A stretch of DNA of 48,275 nucleotides, taken from assembly GCA_043802105.1 (NCBI GenBank), contig JAZDLL010000014.1, positions 1-48,275 of the forward strand, given 5' to 3'. Every line of letters begins with the position of its first letter. The stretch's first letter is position 1. Shown here piece by piece: positions 26,129-35,986 of this stretch. This DNA is from Candidatus Omnitrophota bacterium. Lineage in GTDB: Bacteria; Omnitrophota; Gorgyraeia; Gygaellales; Profunditerraquicolaceae. The notes beneath the pieces are model-generated. The model was not told where the DNA came from and made no database searches. It worked only from the letters and a program-made list of their open reading frames with translations. The position numbers and the translations under genes were made by a program.

Positions 26129-26948
26129 TCAGCCGCGTTTTACCGAATTTTACTGCCAAACAAATCAGACAAGTTTGATTTATCCTTTTAACCGGCTTAA
26201 GCTTCTCTAAATCGACAATCGCAATATAATCAATTTTGGCTTGCTTCTTTTTACCAACCAACTCTTTCATCCTGCTGATAATCCTGCTGGCATCGCGCTG
26301 ACCGTGATCAATCAGTGCTTTTGCCAAACCTAAAGCTTTGGACAGAACTGGCGCCTGGAGTTTCTGCTTTTGGTCTAAGTAAATATTGCGCGAACTTAAA
26401 GCTAGCCCGTCTTTTTGACGGCAAATAGGCAGAACCTTAACCTTAACCGGGAAATTTAAATCTTTAATCATTCTAGTAATGATCACTGACTGCTGCGCAT
26501 CTTTCTGCCCCAAATAAAGCACATTGGGCCCAACAATATTCAGCAACTTAGCTACCACGGTAGTCACTCCGCGAAAATGTCCCGGCCGTGCGGCCCCGCA
26601 AAGCAGATTGCTTAATCCTTCCACGTTGACAAAAGTAGCATAACCTTGCGGATACATAATTTTTTGATCGGGTAAAAAAACCACATCTACTTTAGATTTA
26701 CGGCACAGAGCAAGATCATTTTTAAGCGGACGGGGATATTTATGCAAATCTTCTTGCGGAGCAAATTGTAGAGGATTAACAAATATGCTCACCACCGTTA
26801 TATCGTTGTCTTGGGCGGCTTGCGCAATTAAGCTCAAATGTCCGCAATGTAAAGCCCCCAGCGTAGGAACAAAACCAATACTTTTACCGCCACGGCTTAG
26901 CCCTTTAAGTAATTTATTTAACCTTTCCGGAGCACGGATAACCTTCAT
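26100..26948 (-). CDS. panC: Pantoate--beta-alanine ligase
   Basis: IGFVPTLGALHCGHLSLI (HIGH-type motif), VSIFVNPLQF and GHFRGVTTVVAKLLNIV are classic PanC blocks. Confidence 0.93.
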   Translation of the reverse strand: MKVIRAPERLNKLLKGLSRGGKSIGFVPTLGALHCGHLSLIAQAAQDNDITVVSIFVNPLQFAPQEDLHKYPRPLKNDLALCRKSKVDVVFLPDQKIMYPQGYATFVNVEGLSNLLCGAARPGHFRGVTTVVAKLLNIVGPNVLYLGQKDAQQSVIITRMIKDLNFPVKVKVLPICRQKDGLALSSRNIYLDQKQKLQAPVLSKALGLAKALIDHGQRDASRIISRMKELVGKKKQAKIDYIAIVDLEKLKPVKRINQTCLICLAVKFGKTRLIDNLEIAGG

Positions 26949-27346
26949 AGTACCTCAGTTAACGGTTTAATCACAAAATCCCGGTTAAACATGCGCAGAT
27001 GGGGAACCGTCAAAACCTTGCTGCGTATCCGTTTATCCCCATAAAGCAATATATCCAAATCCATGACTCGGGGGCCGAAACGTACAGTCGGCGTCCGGCC
27101 GATTTTATTTTCAATTTTTTTTAGTTTTTGCAATAAACTTAACGGTGAAAAATTAGTGCTAATTTTTAAGGCGGCGTTTAAATACTTCGGTTGTCCAGCC
27201 GGCCCGCCGCAAGGAGAAGATTCCAACAATTTGGAGGCTTTAATTATTTTGGTGTCTTTCAAAGCCCCGATCAATTTAACTGCCAATTTTATGTTCTTTC
27301 TGCGCTGGCCCAGATTCGAACCCACGCCAAGATAACAAATAGCCAT
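26945..27346 (-). CDS. folK: 2-amino-4-hydroxy-6-hydroxymethyldihydropteridine diphosphokinase (HPPK)
   Basis: YLGVGSNLGQR...YLNAALKI...GPRVMDLDILLY...LTVPHLRMFNRDFVIKPL matches the HPPK signature. Confidence 0.9.
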   Translation of the reverse strand: MAICYLGVGSNLGQRRKNIKLAVKLIGALKDTKIIKASKLLESSPCGGPAGQPKYLNAALKISTNFSPLSLLQKLKKIENKIGRTPTVRFGPRVMDLDILLYGDKRIRSKVLTVPHLRMFNRDFVIKPLTEVL

Positions 27347-28506
27347 TAAGAGATCTTCTTGATCCGTGCCAAAGCCTCTTTAATTCTTTCGCTGCTTACC
27401 GTCAAAGCCATCCGGATATAACCCTGGCCGTATTGGCCAAATCCTACTCCGGGAGTGGCCACAATATTAGCCTCCTTTAAAAGATGCGCGGCAAAACTTA
27501 TTGCCTGCGTCTTCGGGGGAATCTTTATCCAAACATAAAACGTAGCTTTAGGTTTTAGAGCATTCCAACCTAAAGCATTTAACCCGTCAACTAAAATATC
27601 TCGCCTTTCCTGATAAAGTTGGCACATACTTTTTAAATAATCTGGCGAACCCCGCAGGGCAGCCACGGCAGCTAACTGAATGGCCGAAAAAATCCCGGAA
27701 TCAATATTACTCTTAACTTTGGCTAACGCTAAGACTAATTGCCCATTACCGCAGGCCCATCCCACTCGCCAACCGGTCATATTATAAGTTTTAGATAAAG
27801 AATGGAATTCGATAACCACCTCTTGGGCGCCGGGAAATTCCAAAAGGCTACGCGGTTTATATCCGTCATAAGCCATCTCAGAATAAGCTAAATCCGAAAT
27901 AATGATCAGCTTGTTTTTAGTCGCAAATTCAATCAGCCGGGTATAAAAATCGTCGCTAGCACAGGCCCCGGTAGGATTATTTGGGTAGTTGATAAATATA
28001 AGCTTGGCCTTTTTACGCGCGGCTAACGGAATTTTCTTTAAATCCGGCAGGAAAGAATTTACTGCGTATAAAGGCATCAGATACGGCTGACCACCGGCAA
28101 GGATTGTCCCGCCTTTATAAGGCGGATAGCAGGGGTCAGGAACCAGAGCAAGGTCTCCGGAGTTTAAAAAAGCCAAAGGAAAATGCGCAATGCCTTCTTT
28201 GGAACCGATTAACGGCAATATTTCAGTTTCGGGATTCAAATTAACCTGGAATCTGTTTTTATACCAATCACCGATTGCTTTGCGCAATACCGGCATCCCC
28301 TGGTCTAAAGCGTAACGGTGATTAGCCGGGTCCAACGCCGCCTGGCTTAAACAGTCAATAATAAACTTGGGAGTAGGCTGGTCAGGGTCTCCGATCCCCA
28401 GATCAATAATATCTCTGCCTTGCGCGCGGGCAAGACGTTTAGCCTTATCAATCTCCAAAAACAGATAAGGCGGCAAAGCTTGAACTTTTTTAGACAATTT
28501 AAACAT
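27346..28506 (-). CDS. dapL: LL-diaminopimelate aminotransferase (DapL-type class I aminotransferase)
   Basis: LPPYLFLEIDKAKRLARAQGRDIIDLGIGDPDQPTP and SLSKTYNMTGWRVGW (PLP lysine). The operon context with dapB, dapA, dapF and lysA supports the DapL assignment. Confidence 0.75.
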   Translation of the reverse strand: MFKLSKKVQALPPYLFLEIDKAKRLARAQGRDIIDLGIGDPDQPTPKFIIDCLSQAALDPANHRYALDQGMPVLRKAIGDWYKNRFQVNLNPETEILPLIGSKEGIAHFPLAFLNSGDLALVPDPCYPPYKGGTILAGGQPYLMPLYAVNSFLPDLKKIPLAARKKAKLIFINYPNNPTGACASDDFYTRLIEFATKNKLIIISDLAYSEMAYDGYKPRSLLEFPGAQEVVIEFHSLSKTYNMTGWRVGWACGNGQLVLALAKVKSNIDSGIFSAIQLAAVAALRGSPDYLKSMCQLYQERRDILVDGLNALGWNALKPKATFYVWIKIPPKTQAISFAAHLLKEANIVATPGVGFGQYGQGYIRMALTVSSERIKEALARIKKIS

Positions 28507-28508
28507 GC

Positions 28509-29225
28509 TTATCCTTTTAAAACATCCTGCATAGAATATAATCCAGCAGGTTTACCGAAAATCCATTTGACGGCTTTTAAAGCTCCCACTACAAACAAGT
28601 CGCGAGAATGCGCCTGATGCTTAATCTCAATCCGCTCGGAATTTCCGCAAAAAACTATTTGATGATCGCCAAAAATATCTCCCAAGCGGATAGAATGCAT
28701 CGGAATATCCTTTTTGGTAATCTGGGTAATAACTTCCGCTAACTTTTTAGCTGTCCCGCTGGGAGCATCCTTCTTAGCCTTATGATGCGCCTCAATAATC
28801 TCTACGCTATAATCCGGCCCCAATTTTTTAGCAATTTCAGGTAGGATAGAGAATAAAACATTCATTCCCACGGACATATTCGGGGTAAATACTACCGGCA
28901 CAATTTTAGAGATCTCCTCAACCTTGCTTTTCTGCGCATCGCTTAAGCCCGTCGTCCCCAAAACATAGGCTTTTTTATATTTAGCCACATAATCCAAATG
29001 CGCATCCACTGCTTCCGGTAAAGTAAAATCCACTAAAACATCCACCAAGAACAAACCGTCCAGATTGGATGAAACTTTTATTCTGCCCAGATCCTTGCCA
29101 ATTAAAGGCGTGCCCTTCTTTTCTAAGGCCAGGGCGACTTCCAGATCTTTATCCAAACCGGCAAGCTCATAGATACGCCTGCCCATTTTTCCGCAAGCAC
29201 CGGTAATCCCTAATTTAATCATCAA
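28509..29225 (-). CDS. dapB: 4-hydroxy-tetrahydrodipicolinate reductase
   Basis: IKLGITGACGKMGRRI (Rossmann), GTTGL and EIIEAHHKAKKDAPSGTA (the E-x-HH-x-K-x-DAPSGTA signature). Confidence 0.93.
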   Translation of the reverse strand: MMIKLGITGACGKMGRRIYELAGLDKDLEVALALEKKGTPLIGKDLGRIKVSSNLDGLFLVDVLVDFTLPEAVDAHLDYVAKYKKAYVLGTTGLSDAQKSKVEEISKIVPVVFTPNMSVGMNVLFSILPEIAKKLGPDYSVEIIEAHHKAKKDAPSGTAKKLAEVITQITKKDIPMHSIRLGDIFGDHQIVFCGNSERIEIKHQAHSRDLFVVGALKAVKWIFGKPAGLYSMQDVLKG

Positions 29226-29250
29226 TACTCTCCTCTATTGTAATAAATAT

Positions 29251-30129
29251 TTATTTCAAAAGACCGTAATCTTTTAAAGCTTTTTTTAGTTTACCTAAAT
29301 TATCATCCGACATACTGCACATCGGCAAACGCAACCCCGGATCGCACATCCCCAATAAGCCCATCGCAGTTTTAACCGGAATAGGATTAGTCTCTAAAAA
29401 CACTGCCTTAATTAAAGGCAATAATTTATAATGCAGATCTTTAGCCTTTTTAAAGTCGCCTTTGGCAAAAGCCGAAACTAAATTTGCTACGTCCGCCGGC
29501 ACAATATTAGCGACCACAGAAATTATCCCAATCCCACCGATGCTCAGTACCGGCAAAGTTAAGCTATCATCACCTGAAATTAAATCAAATTCTAAAGGGC
29601 AAAGTTGCTTGATGCGCGACATCTGATCCAGGCTTCCGGAAGCCTCTTTTACCGCGACAATATTTTTACAATCTTGGGCTAACTTAGCAATCGTCTCCGG
29701 CTCAATATTCACCCCGGTACGTCCGGCAATATTATAAAGAATGATCGGGATCTTAACGGACTGGGCGATCGCTTTAAAATGCTCGTATAAACCTCTCTGC
29801 GTGGGTCGATTGTAGTAGGGGCTGACTTGTAGTGAAGCGTCCGCTCCAGCCTTGGCTGCTTGCTGCGTAAGCACAATCGCTTCCTGAGTGGAGTTGGAAC
29901 CTGTTCCGGCAATTACCGGAACCCGCTTTTTTACCTGCTCAATGGTAATGCGAATTACCGCCTCATGTTCCTGGAAATCCAGGGTCGCAGATTCTCCGGT
30001 TGTCCCGCAAGGCACAATACCGCGGGTACCGTTATTAATCTGAAAATCGATTAACTCCCGCAATTTATCTTCATCAATCTTTCCGTTTTTAAAAGGCGTA
30101 ACCAAAGCCACAATCGAGCCATCAAACAT
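29251..30129 (-). CDS. dapA: 4-hydroxy-tetrahydrodipicolinate synthase
   Basis: GSIVALVTPF...GTTGESATL...YNRP...ILYNIAGRTG...VAVKEASG (active-site Lys). Confidence 0.95.
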   Translation of the reverse strand: MFDGSIVALVTPFKNGKIDEDKLRELIDFQINNGTRGIVPCGTTGESATLDFQEHEAVIRITIEQVKKRVPVIAGTGSNSTQEAIVLTQQAAKAGADASLQVSPYYNRPTQRGLYEHFKAIAQSVKIPIILYNIAGRTGVNIEPETIAKLAQDCKNIVAVKEASGSLDQMSRIKQLCPLEFDLISGDDSLTLPVLSIGGIGIISVVANIVPADVANLVSAFAKGDFKKAKDLHYKLLPLIKAVFLETNPIPVKTAMGLLGMCDPGLRLPMCSMSDDNLGKLKKALKDYGLLK

Positions 30130-30907
30130 AGTATTCTCCTTTATAAACTATTCTGGCGCTGCCCGCTAACCAAACCTGCTTAAATTTGCCAGCTTCTTTC
30201 TGAAAATAGACTTTTAGGGTTTCACCGCTTTGGGTCTGAACTCTGACTAAATTATTTATTCCGCTCTTTAAAGCAAAGATTAAAGCTGCTGCCGAACTGC
30301 CGGTTCCACAGGCCAAAGTCTCATCCTCCACCCCTCTTTCATAAGTGCGGATTTGGATAAGATTATTTTCTTTTTCTTGGATAAAATTTACATTTGTCCC
30401 GCGCGGATAAAACTTCTGATGGTTCCTGATACTGGCGCCCAGATATTTTAGGTCAATACCCTCAAGACCATTTACAAAAATTACCACATGCGGAACACCG
30501 GTATTAATAAAATTTACCTTAAGCGGCCTGCCATTCACCATTAATGGAATATCTAATTTTATATCTTGCGGATCGGTAAGCTGAATTTTTACCTGAGTGC
30601 CGTAAACTTGGGTACTGATCAAGCCGGCGGCAGTGCGCAGCCTGGCTTTTGGCCTGCCGCTAAAAAGAGCAGCACAGCGCGCCCCATTTCCGCACATCTC
30701 TGCCTCTGAGCCATCAGCATTAAAAATACGCATGCTTAAATCTGCATCTTTACATTTATCCAATAGAAGCAAGCCGTCAGCACCGATACCGAATTTTCTA
30801 TCACACAATAATTTAGCTAATTTTGGCAAATTACCGGAAGGTTTACCCACCATCACGATAAAATCATTTCCGGAAGCCACCATTTTAGTAAACTTGAGCT
30901 TTTTCAT
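30122..30907 (-). CDS. dapF: Diaminopimelate epimerase
   Basis: FTKMVASGNDFIV, NADGSEAEMCGNGARC and TLACGTGSSAAA give both catalytic Cys motifs. Confidence 0.93.
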   Translation of the reverse strand: MKKLKFTKMVASGNDFIVMVGKPSGNLPKLAKLLCDRKFGIGADGLLLLDKCKDADLSMRIFNADGSEAEMCGNGARCAALFSGRPKARLRTAAGLISTQVYGTQVKIQLTDPQDIKLDIPLMVNGRPLKVNFINTGVPHVVIFVNGLEGIDLKYLGASIRNHQKFYPRGTNVNFIQEKENNLIQIRTYERGVEDETLACGTGSSAAALIFALKSGINNLVRVQTQSGETLKVYFQKEAGKFKQVWLAGSARIVYKGEYYV

Positions 30908-30908
30908 C

Positions 30909-32168
30909 TTATAACCTATTAAAATTGTTCACCATAACTTCATTGCGCACTAAATCCTGTAAAGATTCTCTTTTTCTAATCACTACCGCCTTGGCTTTAG
31001 CCACCAATACCTCGACGGCTCGCCGGCGTGAATTATAGTTGCTGGACATGCTAAATCCGTAGGCCCCGGCGCTCATCACCGCCAGATAATCACCTTCTTT
31101 AACCTTAGCCATTAAACGCTCTTTGGCTAAAAAATCACCGCTTTCGCAAATGGGGCCGACCAGGTCAGCTTTTTCGGTTTTTGCGTTTTTTACCAAAGGC
31201 CAGACATTATGAAAGGCAGAATATAGCGCCGGACGGATTAAATCATTCATCCCGCCATCCACAATAATAAACTTTTTTTTCGGCGTCTGCTTGATATAAA
31301 GAACTTTGACTACCAGGATCCCGGCATTGCCCACAATAAACCTGCCCGGCTCCATAATTATCTTAAGCCCGGTTTTTTTCAAAAGCGGGATAATTTCATT
31401 GGCATAAATTTCAGCGGTCTGCGGAGACTCCTGGTCATAAATAATCCCCAGCCCGCCTCCGATATTTAAATATTCCAGCGCAATCCCCTTAACTTTTAAA
31501 CGCTGGATGAAATTTGAAACTTTTTTAATCGCCTCCACAAAAGGCGCACTCTGGGTAATCTGTGAGCCAATATGAATATGTAAACCACAAATATTTAGAT
31601 TGCTGAATTTAGCCCGCAGCAGCAAAATCTTATAAGCACTATCTAAATCAATACCAAACTTATTGGTAATTTTACCGGTAGAGATATATTTATGAGTTTT
31701 GGCTTCCACATCCGGATTAATCCGGATAGCCACACGGGTAATTTTATTTAAATACTTAGCAATCCGGTTAATGTTTTTAAGCTCCGCTAAAGATTCCACA
31801 TTAAAAAACAAAATTCCTCGCTTAATAGCCGCGGAAATTTCCTGATCGGTTTTTCCGACGGAAGCGTAAACTATTCTTTGCGCAGGGCAGGCAGCTTTGG
31901 CCGCCCGGAATAACTCTCCTCCGGAAACAATATCCAACCCGGCGCCTTTAGCAATCAAGGATTTTAATATCGAAAGGTTGGAATTAGCTTTTACTGAATA
32001 GCAGATCAACGGGTTAATTTGGCAAAATGCGGATTTTAATTTTAAGTAGTGATCAATCAGCGTGTGGTAGCTATAAACATAAAGCGGAGTACCGAATTTT
32101 TTCGCCAAATCCTCTACTTTTAAATTTTCACAATAGAGTTTATTTTTTTTGTATTTAAAATCGTGCAT
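30909..32168 (-). CDS. lysA: Diaminopimelate decarboxylase
   Basis: YSVKANSN (PLP Lys), HIHIGSQI, GGGLGI, CESGD and SAGAYG are the fold-type III decarboxylase blocks. Confidence 0.93.
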   Translation of the reverse strand: MHDFKYKKNKLYCENLKVEDLAKKFGTPLYVYSYHTLIDHYLKLKSAFCQINPLICYSVKANSNLSILKSLIAKGAGLDIVSGGELFRAAKAACPAQRIVYASVGKTDQEISAAIKRGILFFNVESLAELKNINRIAKYLNKITRVAIRINPDVEAKTHKYISTGKITNKFGIDLDSAYKILLLRAKFSNLNICGLHIHIGSQITQSAPFVEAIKKVSNFIQRLKVKGIALEYLNIGGGLGIIYDQESPQTAEIYANEIIPLLKKTGLKIIMEPGRFIVGNAGILVVKVLYIKQTPKKKFIIVDGGMNDLIRPALYSAFHNVWPLVKNAKTEKADLVGPICESGDFLAKERLMAKVKEGDYLAVMSAGAYGFSMSSNYNSRRRAVEVLVAKAKAVVIRKRESLQDLVRNEVMVNNFNRL

Positions 32169-33554
32169 TTATTTTTTATTTAATTGTTTGCTCCATCTGC
32201 CTAACTGCCCGGCCACCAGCTTAGGATTAGTACTGCCGTAAGAAGATTTCAGATTTACCGAAGCCCAAGCATTCAGGATATTTCTGAGGTCCGGGGTAAG
32301 CTTATCCGAATATTTTTTAAGCTGGCTATTGGATAAACCGGATATTTTCTTACCCTTATCCAAACAATCAACCACCATCGAGCCTACAATATCGTGCGCT
32401 CTGCGGTAGGAGAGACCTTTCTTGATCAAATATTCCACAATATCCACTGAAAACAAAGATTCATCTTTGACCTTGCTGGCCAGGGCCTCTTTTTCAATTA
32501 CGATATTTCCAAATAGCGCCATAAAGATCTCTAAAATATCTTTCATCGTATCCACGGCATCAAAAAGCGGCGGTTTATCCAATTGTAAATCCCGATTATA
32601 AGATGACGGCAGCCCCTTCATTAGGATCATCACGCTGGATAGGTCCCCATGGATTTTGCCGACCGAACCCCGGATCAGTTCTAAAATATCGGGATTCTTT
32701 TTATGCGGCATAATGCTTGAGCCGGTGCAAAAAGAAAAATCAATATCGATAAAATTAAATTCATGCGTGCTCCAGAGAATCAGATCCTCGGCAATCCGCG
32801 ACAAATGCACAGAAAGTATGGTCAAAGCAGACAGTGTTTCCAAAATAAAATCCCGGTCACTGACGCTATCAATACTGTTGGCGGTCAGGGTGGCAAACTT
32901 TAGTTCTTTTCTGACAAACTCCCGGTCAATGGGTAAACCCGTACCGGAGAATGCGCCAGCGCCCAAAGGCATCGCGTCAATCCGTTGTTTAGCACCTAGG
33001 AGGCGAGCTTTATCTCTTTCCAAACCCTCGATATAACTTAACAAGTGGTGGCTCATCAATACCGGCTGAGCAATTTGCAGATGCGTATGGCCGGGGATAA
33101 TTACCTGGGTATTAAATTTAGCAAATTTCAGGATGGATTTTTGCAACCCAACAATACCCTGGGCCAACTCATCAATCTCGCTTTTTAAATACATCCTGAT
33201 ATCCAAAGCCACCTGATCATTGCGGGAACGCGCTGTGTGCAATTTATACGCCGGTTCTCCGATTTTCTTAACCAACAACTCCTGGATATTGGAATGGATA
33301 TCTTCAGCCCTCAGGTCAAATTTAAACTTACCGCTTTGCACATCTTTAAGCATCAGGTTTAAACCTTTAACTATCGCTTGAGCATCTTTAAGCGGAATAA
33401 TCTTCTGTTTACCCAGCATCTTGGCATGGGCAATACTGCCTAAAATATCATACTTAGCCAACCGTTGATCAAAAGCTATGGAAGAGGTAAATTTATCCGT
33501 AAGCGCGTGCGTTATTTTGCTAAATCTTGTACCCCACAATTTTTTTGCCATCAT
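32169..33554 (-). CDS. argH: Argininosuccinate lyase
   Basis: KLWGTRF...TARSRNDQVA...GHTHLQIAQP...GSSIMPHKKNPD (fumarate lyase signature). Confidence 0.95.
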   Translation of the reverse strand: MMAKKLWGTRFSKITHALTDKFTSSIAFDQRLAKYDILGSIAHAKMLGKQKIIPLKDAQAIVKGLNLMLKDVQSGKFKFDLRAEDIHSNIQELLVKKIGEPAYKLHTARSRNDQVALDIRMYLKSEIDELAQGIVGLQKSILKFAKFNTQVIIPGHTHLQIAQPVLMSHHLLSYIEGLERDKARLLGAKQRIDAMPLGAGAFSGTGLPIDREFVRKELKFATLTANSIDSVSDRDFILETLSALTILSVHLSRIAEDLILWSTHEFNFIDIDFSFCTGSSIMPHKKNPDILELIRGSVGKIHGDLSSVMILMKGLPSSYNRDLQLDKPPLFDAVDTMKDILEIFMALFGNIVIEKEALASKVKDESLFSVDIVEYLIKKGLSYRRAHDIVGSMVVDCLDKGKKISGLSNSQLKKYSDKLTPDLRNILNAWASVNLKSSYGSTNPKLVAGQLGRWSKQLNKK

Positions 33555-33584
33555 TCTCCTTATGAATAATTACAGAAAATTACT

Positions 33585-33658
33585 GTTTAAGCGGGTCCTG
33601 TCTTGGGTATTTTCTAGCGCTGACGCGCTGCGAAAACACCCAAGCCACCCGCTTAAAC
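33585..33658 (+). repeat. Family B hairpin element, copy B1
   Basis: The outer 12-bp stem GTTTAAGCGGGT / ACCCGCTTAAAC encloses an asymmetric internal loop (CCTGTC vs CC) and a long imperfect distal stem (TTGGGTATTTTCTAGCGC / GCGCTGCGAAAACACCCAA). It lies between the argG stop and the argH start. Confidence 0.65.
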
Positions 33659-33662
33659 ATCG

Positions 33663-34844
33663 TTATCTTTTGTAAGGCATCCCCCAAAGCTTAATGAATC
33701 CTTCTGCTAACTTCTGGTTAAATTTATCTTCTTTGCCATAAGTACTTAATTCTTTTTTATAAAGAGACTGTGAGGATTTTCTCCCCACGGCAACGCAGGT
33801 CCCTTTAGACAATCTTAATTTGATCGTGCCGCTGACAAACTTTTGAGTCTTATTAACGAAACCATCCAAAGCCTCTTTAAGGGCAGAAAACCACAAACCA
33901 TAATAAACCAGCTCCGCATATTTAAGGCTGATCATTTCCTTAAAATGCGCCAGTTCCCGATCCAGGACCAAAGTCTCCAATTCTTTATGTGCAGTATAAA
34001 GAATGGTGGCCGCCGGAGCTTCGTAAACCTCCCGGGACTTAATCCCCACCAGTCTATTTTCCACCATATCGGTCCTGCCCACTCCAAACTGTCCGCCTAC
34101 TTCATTCAAATGATTAATCAAATTTTTAATTTTAAATACCTTGCCGTCAATCTTGGTCGGTACGCCCCGGGCAAAAGTTATCTCAATATACCGGGGGTAA
34201 CTTACGGATTGCGTTGAGCTTTTAGTAATCAGATAGGCATCTTCCGGCGGCTCCTGCTCCAAATTCTCCAAGACCCCCGCCTCGATACTTATCCCCCAAA
34301 TATTACGGTCGATACTGTAGGGCTTCTTCTTAGTTACATCAATCGGAATATTATATTTTAATGCATATTCAATCTCTTCTTCCCGGGATTTAAACTCCCA
34401 CTCTCTAACCGGAGCAATAATCTCCAGCCGGGGATCGAGTATGCCTACCGCCACCTCCAAGCGCACCTGATCATTGCCTTTGCCTGTGCAGCCATGGGCA
34501 ACCGCCGTAGCTTTCTCTTTATGCGCAATTTGCACCAGATATTTAGCAATTAATGGCCGGCCTAATGCGGTGGCCAAAAGATATTTACCTTCATAAACCG
34601 CGTTAGCCTTTAAAGCCGGAATAATAAAATCATTAATAAATTCTTCCTGCAGGTCTCGGATATAAACTTTAGATGCCCCGGCCGCCAAAGCCCGCTTTTC
34701 AATGGCTTCAAAGTTTTCACCCTGCCCTAAGCCCTGGCCAAGATCCGCTACAAAACAGACCACTTCATAGCCTCTTTCTTTAAGCCAGCGCACAATGCAG
34801 GAGGTATCTAACCCGCCTGAATATGCCAATACCACTTTCTTCAT
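33663..34844 (-). CDS. argG: Argininosuccinate synthase
   Basis: KKVVLAYSGGLDTS (PP-loop), GCTGKGNDQVR and SIDRNIWG. Confidence 0.96.
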   Translation of the reverse strand: MKKVVLAYSGGLDTSCIVRWLKERGYEVVCFVADLGQGLGQGENFEAIEKRALAAGASKVYIRDLQEEFINDFIIPALKANAVYEGKYLLATALGRPLIAKYLVQIAHKEKATAVAHGCTGKGNDQVRLEVAVGILDPRLEIIAPVREWEFKSREEEIEYALKYNIPIDVTKKKPYSIDRNIWGISIEAGVLENLEQEPPEDAYLITKSSTQSVSYPRYIEITFARGVPTKIDGKVFKIKNLINHLNEVGGQFGVGRTDMVENRLVGIKSREVYEAPAATILYTAHKELETLVLDRELAHFKEMISLKYAELVYYGLWFSALKEALDGFVNKTQKFVSGTIKLRLSKGTCVAVGRKSSQSLYKKELSTYGKEDKFNQKLAEGFIKLWGMPYKR

Positions 34845-34876
34845 CTTTTCTCCTGATTTAAATAAAATTTATATTA

Positions 34877-34952
34877 GATTAACGGGTGGCTTGGGTGTTT
34901 TCGCGAGCCGCGTTAAAGCGCTAGAAAACACCCAAGACAGGACCCGTTAATC
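34877..34952 (-). repeat. Family B hairpin element, copy B2 (inverted relative to B1)
   Basis: The plus strand reads GATTAACGGGTGGCTTGGGTGTTTTCGCGAGCCGCGTTAAAGCGCTAGAAAACACCCAAGACAGGACCCGTTAATC, which is approximately the reverse complement of B1. It abuts the argF stop codon. Confidence 0.65.
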
Positions 34953-35900
34953 CTAACTTAATAGTTTTATTAAGATCGCCTTCTGCACGTGCATCCGGTT
35001 TTCTGCCTGATCAAAAACTACGGAGTTCTTACTATCCATAACCTCATCGGTTATCTCTTCGCCCCGATGCGCAGGCAAACAATGCATTACTAAAACCCCG
35101 GCCGCAGCGTTAGATAAAAGTTTAGCATTAATCTGAAAATCTTTAAAGGTAATTTTTCTTTTACTAATCTCCTCTTCCTGCCCCATGCTCGCCCAGACAT
35201 CCGTATAAACAATCTGAGCGCCATTTACTGCGCTTAACGGATCTTCGGTAATTTTTATCTGGCTGCCGGATTCTTTAGCCAGCTCTTTTGATTCTTTAAC
35301 TACTCCGGTATCCGGAGCGTATCCGGCAGGAGTAGCTACGGCAATGTTCATTCCGGTTTTGGCCGCCGCATATAGTAAAGAATTGCAAACATTATTCCCG
35401 TCACCAACATAAGCCAAGGTTAGGCCTTTGAGCTTACCCCCCACCTTTTTGGAGGGCTGATCTAGGCGTGAAAATTTTTCCCCGATGGTAAAAAGGTCAG
35501 CTAAGGCCTGGCAAGGATGCGAAAAGTCACTTAAACCATTAATTACCGGAACTCCTGCGGCCTGGGCCATATCCAAACAATTTTTATGATCAAAGGTTCT
35601 TAAAACAATCCCATCAACATACCGGGAGATGGTCTTAGCGGCATCTTTAATCGTTTCTCTCACCCCTAAATTAATCTCACTAGGTGACAAATAAATCGAA
35701 TTGCCCCCCAACTGATACATCCCAACCTCGAAAGATACCCGCGTTCTATTTGACGGCTTCTGAAAAATTAAAGCCAGGGTCTTACCGGCCAGAACCTTGT
35801 TAAATTTAGATTTATTCCTCTTCACTTTAATCGCCAGATCAAATAATTCCGCAATTTCCTGAGAAGTTAGGTCTTTAATCGAAATCAAATCTTTTTTCAT
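34953..35900 (-). CDS. argF: Ornithine carbamoyltransferase
   Basis: SNRTRVSFE, HPCQALAD and HCLPA motifs. I trimmed the start to the ATG at 35900 (RBS AAGGAGCGAAG). The 15-aa extension in the track is a read-through of a GC-rich repeat. Confidence 0.93.
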   Translation of the reverse strand: MKKDLISIKDLTSQEIAELFDLAIKVKRNKSKFNKVLAGKTLALIFQKPSNRTRVSFEVGMYQLGGNSIYLSPSEINLGVRETIKDAAKTISRYVDGIVLRTFDHKNCLDMAQAAGVPVINGLSDFSHPCQALADLFTIGEKFSRLDQPSKKVGGKLKGLTLAYVGDGNNVCNSLLYAAAKTGMNIAVATPAGYAPDTGVVKESKELAKESGSQIKITEDPLSAVNGAQIVYTDVWASMGQEEEISKRKITFKDFQINAKLLSNAAAGVLVMHCLPAHRGEEITDEVMDSKNSVVFDQAENRMHVQKAILIKLLS

Positions 35901-35950
35901 CTTCGCTCCTTGCCCACAAGGGCACACCGCCGCAATTTCCTCCACAGGGA

Positions 35951-35986
35951 GGACACCGGCGCAATTCCAATAAGCGCCGGGTGCCT
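35951..35986 (+). repeat. Family A element, copy A2 (minimal version)
   Basis: GGACACCGGCGCAATT-CCAA-TAAGCGCCGGGTGCCT. The base stem is CACCGGCGC / GCGCCGGGTG with a bulged G. Small GC hairpins flank it (CCTCCACAGGGAGG, GCCCACAAGGGC), as does a direct-repeat half-copy ACACCGCCGCAATTTCC at 35926-35942. Confidence 0.6.

Noticed and set aside
27296-27330. The tRNA-like string GGGTTCGAATCTGGG on the minus strand (T-arm look-alike).
   Set aside because: The flanks do not form a T-stem or acceptor stem. The sequence is in frame as LGVGSNLGQR at the conserved N-terminus of FolK, so it is a coding coincidence.
33585-34952. The idea that the hairpin elements are integron attC sites or CRISPR repeats.
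   Set aside because: There are no GTTRRRY / RYYYAAC core sites at the ends, no intI integrase and no cassette array. The copies are dispersed singly in operon gaps rather than arrayed with spacers, and no cas genes are present.
35901-35945. A 15-aa N-terminal extension of the argF ORF (MEEIAAVCPCGQGAK).
   Set aside because: It translates GC hairpin repeats. The ATG at 35900 has an AAGGAG RBS and gives the normal OTCase N-terminus.
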